Shown: positions 37,859 through 47,269, counted from the first letter of the stretch. The stretch: DNA of 64,000 nucleotides from Vicinamibacterales bacterium (GCA_965202655.1 CBDBBK010000002.1:884685-948684); one strand, 5' to 3'. Made by a program: numbers and translations. Notes: generated by a model not told the origin, from the sequence alone.

Positions 37859-38797
37859 GTGACACCCGATCTCCCCCTGGGCGAGGCGACGCTCGCGGTC
37901 ACCGGCGCCAACAGCGCCGTCGGTCGCGAACTGCTGGCGCGGGTCGCGGCCGACGAAACGCTGCACTGCTCCGCGGCGGTGCGGCGGCCGGAGGCGGTGG
38001 ACGTCCTGCCGCGGTCGCCCCGCATCACGCCGCACGTCATCCACTACGGCGACCCGGCCAGCCTGCAGACGGCCTTCGACGGCGCCGGCTGCGTCGTCCA
38101 CCTTGCCGGCATCCTGTTCGAGGGGCGGACGTCCGACTACCGTCGGGGCAACGTCGAGTCGACGCGCGCCGTCGTCGGGGCGGCACTCGCGGCCGGCGTA
38201 CGGCACGTCTTCTTCGTCAGTTCGGTGGGCGCCGATCCCGCCTCGCCCAACGGGTACCTCCGATCGAAGGGCGAGGCCGAACGCCTCGTCGCCGAGTCGG
38301 GCATCGGCGCGACTATCGTCCGCACGCCACTGCTGCTCGGTGCCCGCACGGCGGGCGGCCAGGCGCTGCTCCGCGATGCATCCGGCGCGTCGGTCCGGCT
38401 GCTGGGCGGTGGGAAGCATCGCCTGCGTCCGCTGGACGTCGACGATCTGTGCCAGGCGATTCTGCGCTGCTGCCGGCAGCCGGAGAGCGGCGTGCGGACC
38501 TGCGAGCTGGTCGGGCTGACAACCGTCACCTATCGCGATCTCGTGCGGCAGACGGCGCGGCGCCTGGGACGTGACGTCTCGATTGGATCGACGCCGACCT
38601 GGCTGGTGAGGCTCGGCGCGCGCGTCGCGGGCCTGATCCGCACCGGAGGCCTGACGCCGGACGTGATCGAAGTGATCACCTCCGATGAGGCGGTCGACCG
38701 GAATGCCGACGGCGAGCTGGGCGTGACGCTGACGCCGCTGGCCGAATCGATCGACCGCCTGTGCGAGGCCGGCGGATCACGGGAGGGCTCCGCATGA
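37859..38797 (+). CDS. NAD(P)-dependent epimerase/dehydratase (atypical SDR)
   Basis: AVTGANSAVG; VVHLAG; FFVSSVGA; YLRSKGEAE; start inferred at GTG 37859. Confidence 0.85.
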   Translation: MTPDLPLGEATLAVTGANSAVGRELLARVAADETLHCSAAVRRPEAVDVLPRSPRITPHVIHYGDPASLQTAFDGAGCVVHLAGILFEGRTSDYRRGNVESTRAVVGAALAAGVRHVFFVSSVGADPASPNGYLRSKGEAERLVAESGIGATIVRTPLLLGARTAGGQALLRDASGASVRLLGGGKHRLRPLDVDDLCQAILRCCRQPESGVRTCELVGLTTVTYRDLVRQTARRLGRDVSIGSTPTWLVRLGARVAGLIRTGGLTPDVIEVITSDEAVDRNADGELGVTLTPLAESIDRLCEAGGSREGSA

Positions 38798-39780
38798 GCG
38801 CACCCGCCGCCGAACCAGCGGCTTCGACCGAGTCGCCGCCCCCCGGCCGACCCACCGGGGGGCGCGCCGGCCGCGCCGTGTTCCTGCTGCTGAGCCTCGC
38901 GTGTTTCGCCTATCTCTACGTCCGGCTGAACGGCGCCGCGGCGCGCGAGGGGCTGACCCTCGTCGATTACATGACGCGCGTCTTCAGTGGGGTGGACTGG
39001 GTCTCGTGGATCGTGTTGATGATGGCCTACTCCGGCTTCTATTTCCTCATCGACACGCTGGTCGTGTCCCGCGCGCTCAACTGGTTCGTCACGTCCATCC
39101 GTTACCGCGACCTCCTGCCCGTCCGGGCGAGCGCCTACATCATCTCCATCTTCAACGAGCAGATCGGCAAGGGCGCGATGGCCTACTACCTCCACCGGCG
39201 CCACCAGGTGCCGGGCTGGGAGGTGGGCTCCGTGATGCTCTTCATCATGTATTGCGAGGTCTTCTACCTGCTGTTCTGGGCGACGGTGGGTTATGCCGCA
39301 AGCGGCGGCGAGCTGCCCGCGGCGTTCGCCCTGATGCCGTGGCTTGCCGCCGCCGCGGTGCCGGTCTTCGCGGTGTGGCTGCTCTATTTCCGCGGCGCCA
39401 TCCTGCCCGGCAACGCGTTGCGGAACAAACGGATCCTCCACGCGTTCCGTTCCGCCAGCCTGCGGCACTACCTCCTCTTCCTCGCGCTCCGGTCGCCGGC
39501 GCTACTGGCGGCCGTGATCGTCTACACGATCGCGCTCCGGCTGTTCGGCGTGGACGCGTCGTTCCTGTCGCTGCTCGGTTATCTCCCGGTCGTCTTCTTC
39601 GCGGCCGCCGTGCCCACGCCGATGCGCGCCGCCGCGATCACCTTCTGGGTCATCCTGTTCCCCGAAAACGAAGGCCAGATGGCCGCGTTCGGCTTCGTGC
39701 AGCACAACTTCTTCATTCTCTTCAACGCCCTCATCGGCGTTGCGTTCTGGCCCCGTGCCCAGCGGGATCTGTTCGGCTAG
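38794..39780 (+). CDS. Integral membrane protein, LPG-synthase TM/flippase-like
   Basis: About 8 hydrophobic segments; RASAYIISIFNEQIGKGAMAYYL; ATGA-coupled to the upstream gene. Confidence 0.6.
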   Translation: MSAPAAEPAASTESPPPGRPTGGRAGRAVFLLLSLACFAYLYVRLNGAAAREGLTLVDYMTRVFSGVDWVSWIVLMMAYSGFYFLIDTLVVSRALNWFVTSIRYRDLLPVRASAYIISIFNEQIGKGAMAYYLHRRHQVPGWEVGSVMLFIMYCEVFYLLFWATVGYAASGGELPAAFALMPWLAAAAVPVFAVWLLYFRGAILPGNALRNKRILHAFRSASLRHYLLFLALRSPALLAAVIVYTIALRLFGVDASFLSLLGYLPVVFFAAAVPTPMRAAAITFWVILFPENEGQMAAFGFVQHNFFILFNALIGVAFWPRAQRDLFG

Positions 39781-39937
39781 CAGCCCGTGGCGAAACCCCG
39801 CGTGACACTGAGAGCGGCGAGGCGCCCGGCTGACAAGGCGCGACGAGGGAGCCTATTGGCCATAGGCGACCGAGGAGCAACGCCGTTCAGCCGGGATGCA
39901 GCGCCGCTCGAATGTAGCGGGGTTTCACCACGGGCTG
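39781..39937. mobile_element. 157-bp MITE/REPIN-like element (full copy)
   Basis: 21-bp TIRs CAGCCCGTGG(C/T)GAAACCCCGC (20/21 match); flanked by CTAG and CCAG; internal hairpin GCCTAT-TGGCC-ATAGGC; no ORF. Confidence 0.8.
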
Positions 39938-39950
39938 CCAGGGGCTTGCG

Positions 39951-40000
39951 CCGTAGAAGTTCCGCGCCGGCGGAACTTCCAACGCGCCCGCCAGGGCGCG
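39951..40000 (+). repeat. GTRG-tagged double-hairpin REP-like repeat, copy B
   Basis: CCGTAG-AAGTTCCGC-GCCG-GCGGAACTT-CCAA-CGCGCCC-GCCA-GGGCGCG. Confidence 0.8.
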
Positions 40001-40019
40001 CTAATCGCAAGGCTCCCCG

Positions 40020-40544
40020 GTGACCGCGCACCTGCTGACCGCGCTGCGCCTCGGGCTGACGTTTCCGCTCGCCGCCGCCTTCGCGCGTCCGGCCTTCCTC
40101 GATGCCCGCTTGGCCGCGCTCCTGCTGGCCGTGGCGCTCGCCAGCGACTACTTCGACGGCCTGGCGGCGCGCCGGCAGGGCACCGCCTCACCCCGCGGTC
40201 AACTCTTCGATCACGCGACGGACTGCTTCTTCGTTACCGTCTGCCTGTCCGGCGCGGCGGTCGCGGGTCACGTCCCGTGGCTGCTGCCGGTCCTGATTGC
40301 CGCCGCCTTCACGCAGTACGTCGTCGATTCGTACTGGATTCAGCGCCGGGCGCGTCTCCGCATGAGCCGGATCGGCCGGTGGAACGGCGTTGCCTACTTC
40401 GCGCCGCTGGTCATCATCGCCACCGCGCGCCTGGACCTCATTCCCGTCATGACGCCGGCGCTGATATTCCTCGCCAGCGCCGTGGCATGGCTGCTGGTCG
40501 TGTCGACGCTCGTCTCCATCGCCGACCGCGCCACCTCAGGGTGA
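40020..40544 (+). CDS. CDP-alcohol phosphatidyltransferase family protein
   Basis: LTALRL; SDYFDGLAARRQGTASPRGQLFDHATD. Confidence 0.9.
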   Translation: MTAHLLTALRLGLTFPLAAAFARPAFLDARLAALLLAVALASDYFDGLAARRQGTASPRGQLFDHATDCFFVTVCLSGAAVAGHVPWLLPVLIAAAFTQYVVDSYWIQRRARLRMSRIGRWNGVAYFAPLVIIATARLDLIPVMTPALIFLASAVAWLLVVSTLVSIADRATSG

Positions 40545-41729
40545 GACGTTCTCGTACCACTTGAGGTTCGCGGTACGGCCGCCGATGCAGACGAGATCGG
40601 TGTCGGCGTCGGCATCGAGATCCGCGACGACGCAGGCCGAGGGGGACATGTTGGTGTCGAGGGTCTGCCGCGCCCAGGCGGCGCCGCTCGCATCCGTCGA
40701 CGCGTAGAGGTACAGCATCTCGCTGTCTCCGCGGTCGCCGGTGACGATCTCGTCGCGGCCGTCGCCGTCGAAGTCTCCGGTGACGATGGTGTGGCCGCTG
40801 CCGATCGTGTCGATGACCTGGCGCGCCCAGCCGCCGCCGTCCTCGCGGTAGACGACGACCTGGGGGCCGTGCCACGGCTCGATCGTGGTGACGAAGGGGC
40901 GGTCGCCGAGCCGGCCGGTATCGAGGTCGCTGGCGCCGCTCTCGGGCCACGGGGCGGGATCGCCCGGCGTGATCAGTTCCGGGATCCACTCCCCGTCGAT
41001 GTAGCGGTGCACCTGGACGCCGGCGAAGCTCGCGCTGAAGACGGCGTCGCGGCCCGGGTCGTCCCACGGTTTCACCGTCAGGCCGTGCACGACGCCCTGG
41101 CCGGTCTCGGCCAGCGTGCGGCGGGCCCAGTCGTCCGGGCGGTACCAGTAGAGCGGCACGTCGTCGCGGAAGTCGGGCGCCGTCGCGGCCGGGCCGGAGA
41201 GCGGCGCGCTGATCAGGATCGGCCGGCCGCTCCCGTCGATGTCGGCCCAGCGCAGCCGATGGACGGTGGGCGTACGGTCGAGCTCGCGGACGCGCCAGGG
41301 GCGCGTGGGATCTCCCTGATGCGTCAGCAGCGACAGGATTCCGAGGCTGTTGGGGTGCGTGGTCCCGAAGGCGTGGGCGATCGCCAGCTCCGGGATGCCG
41401 TCGCCGTCCAGGTCGCGGGCGGCCAGGTTGATGGATCGGTTCAGGCCGGTCGTGATGACGTGCCGCTGCCAGCCGGGATTCTCGAACCACGCCAGCTCCG
41501 GGAGCCGGGTCGAGAGGCCAATCACGTCCAGCCGCCCGTCGCGGTTCAGGTCCACCACGATCGGCTGGTAGCCGTTGGTCATTTCGGTGGCGATGGTGTG
41601 CGTGACGAACTGATGGGCGGGATCCGCGGCGTCCTGCGTGGCGGACGGAGCGGCGGCGGCAACGAGCAATGCGAGCAGCGTGCCCGCCGGTGCGGCGACC
41701 CGGGCGGATGCCGTCATCTTCGCGGTCAT
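40536..41729 (-). CDS. Secreted FG-GAP/VCBS beta-propeller protein (aldos-2-ulose dehydratase propeller-like)
   Basis: DLNRDGRLD, DLDGDGIPE, DIDGSG, DFDGDGRDE, DLDADADTD repeats; PTVHRLRW; TIEPWHG; GH. Confidence 0.8.
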   Translation of the reverse strand: MTAKMTASARVAAPAGTLLALLVAAAAPSATQDAADPAHQFVTHTIATEMTNGYQPIVVDLNRDGRLDVIGLSTRLPELAWFENPGWQRHVITTGLNRSINLAARDLDGDGIPELAIAHAFGTTHPNSLGILSLLTHQGDPTRPWRVRELDRTPTVHRLRWADIDGSGRPILISAPLSGPAATAPDFRDDVPLYWYRPDDWARRTLAETGQGVVHGLTVKPWDDPGRDAVFSASFAGVQVHRYIDGEWIPELITPGDPAPWPESGASDLDTGRLGDRPFVTTIEPWHGPQVVVYREDGGGWARQVIDTIGSGHTIVTGDFDGDGRDEIVTGDRGDSEMLYLYASTDASGAAWARQTLDTNMSPSACVVADLDADADTDLVCIGGRTANLKWYENVSP

Positions 41730-42910
41730 GCGCGCGGGATCCACTCCCCTCCGTGGATCGTGCCGGCGGGGAAGAGCCGCTGGGGGCCGGTGCGGAGGTT
41801 CTCGTAGTTGTCGACGAATTCGAAAGTGCCCACCCGAAGCTCGAGCAGCGTCACGTCGGCGCGCGCACCGACGTGGAGCGTGCCCAGGTCGTTCAGGTGA
41901 GGGAACACCCGCGACGCGTTCACCGTGGCGCAGGCGACCACCTGTTCGAGCGTCATTCCCAGGTTCAGGAACTTGGACATGACGTTCGGCAGATCGACGA
42001 CGCCGGGCACGCTGCGGCTGGTGGTGTTGCCGTCGGTCGAGATGGTGTCGGGCCAGAAGCCGGCCGCCATGATCTGCTCGACGGTGTCCCACCGCACGTG
42101 TCCGGTCCGGCCGTTGGCGACGTCGAACCAGATGCCGCGGCGCCGGGCCGCGAGCACGGCCGGAAAGACCCGGCCGTCGCCGTCGACGATGGCGTTCGGC
42201 GGCGGCGCCAGCATGTGGGTGACGATGTCGCCCGGCTTGAGCTGCTCGAGGAGGGTCACCATCGGCGAGGCGGTCTGCCCCATGTGGATCATCACCGGGA
42301 GATCGAAGAACGACGCGACCTCCTGCGTCCGGCGCAGCACCTCCACGTCATCGGCGGCGACGCCCTCGGTAAGCCGCGCCTTGACGCCCACCACGACGTC
42401 GCGGTTGCGGCCGACCGCCTCCCTGGCGGCGTTCACGTCGGCCAGCGCGAGGTCCATGGTGTCGCCCTCGCGCAGGATCCCGGCCCGCCCGATGTTGATG
42501 AGGAGGCGCCCCTGCTGCGGCGACGAGCGCGTGATGGCAGCCAGTTCGTCTATGGCGTCGGCGCCGGCCGAGCCGGCGTCCACCCACGCGGTGACACCGT
42601 CCTCGAGGCAGATCCGCTGGCCCTCGGCGTCTCTCGCGTAGTGCGTGTGGACGTCGAGCAGGCCGGGGACCACGAACCGTCCCCGCGCATCGATCACCTG
42701 CGCGCCGTTGGCCGGGATAATCGGTTCCACCGCCGCGATGCGACCCGCGGAGATCGCCACGTCATGGATCGCATCGAGGTGCTGCGACGGATCGAGAACT
42801 CGTCCGCCCTTGACGATAAGGTCGTGGCCCTGGGCGGCGAGGTCCGCCGGCCGCGTCCCCAGCGCGGCGGCCGCGGCGGCGCAGACGAACTGTCGTCGCG
42901 TGATCGCCAT
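41726..42910 (-). CDS. Tat-exported amidohydrolase (dihydroorotase/deacetylase-like)
   Basis: ITRRQFV leader; PGLLDVHTH; VDAGSAG; GVKARL; MIHMG; DIVTHM; PDTISTD; GTLHVGARADV. Confidence 0.85.
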   Translation of the reverse strand: MAITRRQFVCAAAAAALGTRPADLAAQGHDLIVKGGRVLDPSQHLDAIHDVAISAGRIAAVEPIIPANGAQVIDARGRFVVPGLLDVHTHYARDAEGQRICLEDGVTAWVDAGSAGADAIDELAAITRSSPQQGRLLINIGRAGILREGDTMDLALADVNAAREAVGRNRDVVVGVKARLTEGVAADDVEVLRRTQEVASFFDLPVMIHMGQTASPMVTLLEQLKPGDIVTHMLAPPPNAIVDGDGRVFPAVLAARRRGIWFDVANGRTGHVRWDTVEQIMAAGFWPDTISTDGNTTSRSVPGVVDLPNVMSKFLNLGMTLEQVVACATVNASRVFPHLNDLGTLHVGARADVTLLELRVGTFEFVDNYENLRTGPQRLFPAGTIHGGEWIPRA

Positions 42911-42964
42911 CGTGTACCTCCTCCGGAAGCGCGTGCGGTCCGGCCGCCAGGGCGGCGCAAGCTC

Positions 42965-43483
42965 CTAGCTGCGCGAAACGACGCGGAAACTCCACCAGCC
43001 GTCGGGGCGCGGCGAGCCGAGCGGCGCCGGCGGGTTGGCGGGCTCTTCCAGGCTGTGCAGCTTGTCGAGCCGCGCTACCCACGCCTGATCGAGTTCCGCC
43101 GGGTCGAGCACGCGGGTCAGCGTCACCGGAAAGACAGTGCCGTCGAGCCGCAGCCGCGCCCACCCGTCGTTCACCGCGTAGCCGGACCAGCGCTTGCCGT
43201 CGCAGTTCGAGCAGCTCAGGTAGAGGTGGCCGTCCCGGTTGGCGAAACAGTTCAGGTTGATCGCGTGCGGGAGCAACCCGGTGCGAATCTGAATCTGGCA
43301 GAGCGTCACCTGGTTGGCGAAAGTCCAGTCGGCCACCGGGTCGTTGTTCGCCGTGCCGAAGAGCCAGCCGCCCGGCGTCCGTTCGCACGGACAGGTGGCC
43401 GACCATCCCACGAACCCGGCGCCCACTACGATCACGACAACGGCGACCGCGATGAGCGCATTACGCTGCGTCAAGTTCGACAT
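42965..43483 (-). CDS. Membrane-anchored hypothetical protein, probable split-barrel (DUF2255/DDN-like) fold
   Basis: N-terminal TM; WSATCPCERTPGG; LYLSCSNC; KRW...ARLRLDGTVFPVTLTRVLDPAELDQAW; AGGAGG RBS. Confidence 0.6.
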   Translation of the reverse strand: MSNLTQRNALIAVAVVVIVVGAGFVGWSATCPCERTPGGWLFGTANNDPVADWTFANQVTLCQIQIRTGLLPHAINLNCFANRDGHLYLSCSNCDGKRWSGYAVNDGWARLRLDGTVFPVTLTRVLDPAELDQAWVARLDKLHSLEEPANPPAPLGSPRPDGWWSFRVVSRS

Positions 43484-46044
43484 CGACTTGCCTCCTGTCC
43501 AGGTATTGAAGCTCTCGCCGTGGAAGTTTCGCGCGAGCGAAACTCCCAACGCGCCGCCCCGCGGCGCGCATGTTCCGCCACGGTCTCGGCCATGTCCGTT
43601 TCCAGGCCCGGTCGGACCAGCGCCTCGCGCGAACCGCGGTGCGCCCATCCCGGCGCCGGCGTCTGCGCGACGGGCGCCAGGCCCGGCGCGTCGTAAGAAC
43701 GAGTCGACTGTTCCGCGGGGACAATTCCGTACGCGGTGGTCCGCTGCCGCGGAGTCCGTCCCGCCTCGAGGATCAGCGGTTCCATCCGTTCCGGCGGCAG
43801 TTCCTGGCCGAAACCGGCGCCCGCGGCGCGCGTGATGCTTTCGTTCATCAGGGTGCCGCCCAGATCGTTTACGCCGGCATTGAGCAGGGCATGGACGCCG
43901 CGCGGGCCCATCTTGACCCAGGACGCCTGGATGTTCGTCAAGACCGGATGCAGCGCCAGCCGCGCGACGGCGTGCATCAGTACCGACTCGCGGAAGGTCG
44001 GTCCGCGCCGGGCGCGTCCCTGGAGGTAGATCGGCGCCTCCATATGGACGAAGGGGAGGGGCACGAACTCCGTGAAGCCGCCGGTCCGCGCCTGAAGTTC
44101 GCGAACCGCGGCCAGATGCTTCGCCCAGTGATGCGGGCGGTCGATGTGCCCGTACATGATCGTTGCGGTGGTTCGGAACCCGACCCGGTGCGCGGTCTCC
44201 ATCACCTCGAGCCACTGCCCGGAGGTCAGCTTGTCGGGGCAGAGCTCCTGCCGCACTTCGTCGTGGAGCACTTCGGCGGCGGTGCCCGGAAGCGTGCCGA
44301 GCCCGGCGTCGCGCAGTTGCCGGAGGAACGACTCCAGCGGCAGGCCGAGGGTCGCCGCTCCCTGCCACACCTCGAGAGGCGAGAACGCGTGGACGTGGAT
44401 CCCGGGAACGGCTTCCTTCACGGCCCGGCAGATGGCCAGGTAGGTCGCGCCGGTGTAGTCGGGATGAATGCCGCCCTGCATGCACACTTCGGTCGCGCCG
44501 CGCTCCCAGGCTTCGCGGGTGCGGCGGGCGATTTCGTCGAGGTCGAGGTCGTACGGCGCGCCGCGCAGGTTCTCGCTCAGCTTCCCCTTGGAGAAGGCGC
44601 AGAAGCGGCACTTGAAGTAGCAGACGTTCGTGTAGTTGATGTTGCGGTTGACGACGTAGGTCACCGTGTCGCCGTTCATCTCCCGGCGGAGGGCGTCGGC
44701 GATGCGCACCACGGTCGTCAGGTCGTCGCCCCGGGCGGTGAACAGGTGCGCGATCTCCGTCTCGTCCAGGCCGTCGCCACGCGCCGCTCTCGCGCAGATC
44801 GCCGCGGTGGCCGACGCTGGGAGCCGCGCAGGCGCGGCCGGTCGCTCGGCGAGGCGATCGAGCAGCGCCGCCGGCAGCACGGCCTCCGGATCTCCCGGCG
44901 ACCATTGGCTGTCGCGCGCGAACCCCTCCGCGTCGGACCCCTGCACGATCGCGGTTCTCAGCGGTTCCGCCACCCAGGTGTCGAGCGCCCGCACATACGC
45001 CGGATAGACCGTCAGTCGCTCGGTGAGCGCCTTTCCCCCGCGTTCGGTTTCGCGGGCGAGGCGATCCAGATGCGGCCAGGGCGCTTCCGGGTTGACATGA
45101 TCCGGCGTGACGGGAGAAACGCCGCCGCAGTCGTTGATGCCGGCCCGGATCAGGGCGCCGAACGTGTCCGGCGACAGATTGGGCGGCGCCTGAATCGCCA
45201 TCCCGGGACCAAAGAGGATCCTGGCGCAGGCAATCGTCCACTGCAGGTCCTTGAGCGACGGTTCGGGCGCATCGACCATGCGCGTCCCCGGCTTCGCCCG
45301 GAAGTTCTGCACGATGATCTCCTGCAGGTGCCCGTAGGCGTCGTGCAGATCGCGCAGCGCGAGCAGCGAGTCGATCCGTTCCTGCCGCGTCTCGCCGATG
45401 CCGATGAGGATGCCGGACGTGAACGGGATGGCCAGTTCGCCCGCGAGGCGAATTGTCTCGAGCCGCGCGTCCGGGTCCTTGTCCGGCGATCCATGATGCG
45501 CCGCGCCGCGCTCGAGTAGCCGCCGCGAGACGCTTTCGAGCATCAGCCCCTGCGACGGACAGACCTCGCGCAGCGCGAGCAGTTCGTCCCGGGTCATCAC
45601 GCCCGGATTGGCGTGCGGCAACAGGCCGGTCGCCTCGAACACCGCGCGCGCGGCGGCCACCAGGTACGCGACCGTCGTCGGGTAGCCGAGCGCGGCCAGT
45701 TCCTCGCGCGCCTGCGGATAGCGCTGCTCCGGCTTGTCGCCCAGCGTGAACAGGGCTTCCCGGCAACCCGCCGCGGCGCCGCGGCGGGCGATGTCGACCG
45801 CCTCGTCGATCGTCAGATAGGCGCGCTCGCCCGGCCGTGGCGGTTGCGCGAACGTGCAGTAGTGGCAGACGTCGCGGCAGAGCTTCGTGAGCGGGATGAA
45901 GACCTTGCGCGAGTAGCTGACGGGGCGTCCGAAGCCGGCATCCCGTAGCGCCGCGGCCCGCCGCATCAGTGCCGGCAGATCGGTTGTCCGCGCCAGTTCG
46001 GTGGCGTCTTCTCGCGAGGGCGGGGCGTAGGCGCGGGCATCCAT
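43471..46044 (-). CDS. fbiC: Bifunctional FO synthase (CofG+CofH fusion)
   Basis: YSRKVFIPLTKLCRDVCHYC and NRNINYTNVCYFKCRFC radical-SAM motifs; HGSPDKDP; QAPPNL; GINDCGGVSP; PGTAAE; NIQASWVKMG; GGTLMNESITRAAG. Confidence 0.95.
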   Translation of the reverse strand: MDARAYAPPSREDATELARTTDLPALMRRAAALRDAGFGRPVSYSRKVFIPLTKLCRDVCHYCTFAQPPRPGERAYLTIDEAVDIARRGAAAGCREALFTLGDKPEQRYPQAREELAALGYPTTVAYLVAAARAVFEATGLLPHANPGVMTRDELLALREVCPSQGLMLESVSRRLLERGAAHHGSPDKDPDARLETIRLAGELAIPFTSGILIGIGETRQERIDSLLALRDLHDAYGHLQEIIVQNFRAKPGTRMVDAPEPSLKDLQWTIACARILFGPGMAIQAPPNLSPDTFGALIRAGINDCGGVSPVTPDHVNPEAPWPHLDRLARETERGGKALTERLTVYPAYVRALDTWVAEPLRTAIVQGSDAEGFARDSQWSPGDPEAVLPAALLDRLAERPAAPARLPASATAAICARAARGDGLDETEIAHLFTARGDDLTTVVRIADALRREMNGDTVTYVVNRNINYTNVCYFKCRFCAFSKGKLSENLRGAPYDLDLDEIARRTREAWERGATEVCMQGGIHPDYTGATYLAICRAVKEAVPGIHVHAFSPLEVWQGAATLGLPLESFLRQLRDAGLGTLPGTAAEVLHDEVRQELCPDKLTSGQWLEVMETAHRVGFRTTATIMYGHIDRPHHWAKHLAAVRELQARTGGFTEFVPLPFVHMEAPIYLQGRARRGPTFRESVLMHAVARLALHPVLTNIQASWVKMGPRGVHALLNAGVNDLGGTLMNESITRAAGAGFGQELPPERMEPLILEAGRTPRQRTTAYGIVPAEQSTRSYDAPGLAPVAQTPAPGWAHRGSREALVRPGLETDMAETVAEHARRGAARWEFRSRETSTARASIPGQEASRCRT
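43518..43568 (+). repeat. GTRG-tagged double-hairpin repeat, copy C (inside the fbiC 3' end)
   Basis: CCGTGG-AAGTTTCGC-GCGA-GCGAAACTC-CCAA-CGCGCCGC-CCC-GCGGCGCG. Confidence 0.75.
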
Positions 46045-46239
46045 GGCGACTTGCGGGCCGGCGGCGCCGGGCGCCGCACGACGCTTATAGCATGCCGCGC
46101 GCCAGTCTGCGACTCCGACGCCGGCCGCACGCCGCGATTCCAGCTACCGGCAGCTCCGGTGTCAGGCGTATACTGGGAGCCTGATCGCCCTTGTGAAGGA
46201 CACGTGCGACGATGCCTGGAGCGATACGGGAGGTGTGAG

Positions 46240-47259
46240 ATGACTCGGCCAAATTTTGCCACGCTGGCGGGCGTGCTTGCCCTCGTGCTGCTGCTGCCGG
46301 CCGGTGTGGCGGCGCAGGACGGTCCCCGGACCCCCTGGGGCGACCCTGATCTGCAGGGGACCTACACCAACAAGACGATCACGCCGCTCGAGCGCCCCGA
46401 TTCCGTGGGTGATAAGGCGTTCCTGACCGACGAGGAGATTGCGGAGCAGGAGGCGGCGCGCGTGCAGCGCAACCAGGACCTGCTGGTAGCCCCGCCGCAG
46501 CGGACCGTCGCCGGTGGGAATGTCGGCGGCTACAACAACTTCTGGCTGGACGGAGGCACGCGGCCGACGAACCGGACGTCGCTCATCAGCAATCCGTCCA
46601 ACGGCAGGCTGCCGGCCCGCACGGCGGACGCGGCGGACCGCAAGGTGGCGCACGACGCCGCCTTCCCGGTCGAAGGGCCGTTCGACAGTTGGGTGGACCT
46701 GGAACTGAACGACCGCTGCCTGGTCTGGTCGGCGGGTCCGCCGATGTTCCCGAGCGCCTACAACAACAACTTCATCATCCTGCAGACGCCGACCCACGTC
46801 GTCATCTACGCGGAGATGATCCACGACACGCGGATCATTCCGCTCGACGGGCGCGACCATCTGCCGGAGAACGTTCGCCAGTGGCATGGCGACGCCCGCG
46901 GCCGGTGGGAAGGTGACACCCTGGTCGTCGAGACGACCAACATCCGCCGGACCGAGGCGAACGCCGGCGCGGTCGGTGGCGACCCGGTGCTGCTCCGGAT
47001 GGCGAATGGCCGGACGGACGACACGATTACGGTGACCGAACGGTTCACGCGCGTCGATGCCGACACCGTGAACTACGAGTTCGCCGTCGAGGATCCGACG
47101 CACTGGACCCAGCCCTTCTCGGGCGAGTTCCCGTTCGTCACGTTCCCTTCCGACGAGCTGCCGTACCTGTTCGAGTACGCCTGCCACGAGGGGAACTACA
47201 GCATGACGAATATCCTCGCGGGTGAGCGCGCGAGGGAGCAGGCGACCGATCAGCCGTAG
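46240..47259 (+). CDS. Secreted 'WGxPDLQG...YACHEGN' family protein, paralog 3
   Basis: Signal peptide; TPWGDPDLQGTYTNKTITPLERP; DRC; YNNNFIILQ; GRWEGDTLVVETTN; FEYACHEGNY; GGGAGG RBS. Confidence 0.85.
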   Translation: MTRPNFATLAGVLALVLLLPAGVAAQDGPRTPWGDPDLQGTYTNKTITPLERPDSVGDKAFLTDEEIAEQEAARVQRNQDLLVAPPQRTVAGGNVGGYNNFWLDGGTRPTNRTSLISNPSNGRLPARTADAADRKVAHDAAFPVEGPFDSWVDLELNDRCLVWSAGPPMFPSAYNNNFIILQTPTHVVIYAEMIHDTRIIPLDGRDHLPENVRQWHGDARGRWEGDTLVVETTNIRRTEANAGAVGGDPVLLRMANGRTDDTITVTERFTRVDADTVNYEFAVEDPTHWTQPFSGEFPFVTFPSDELPYLFEYACHEGNYSMTNILAGERAREQATDQP

Positions 47260-47269
47260 CCGCCCGTTC

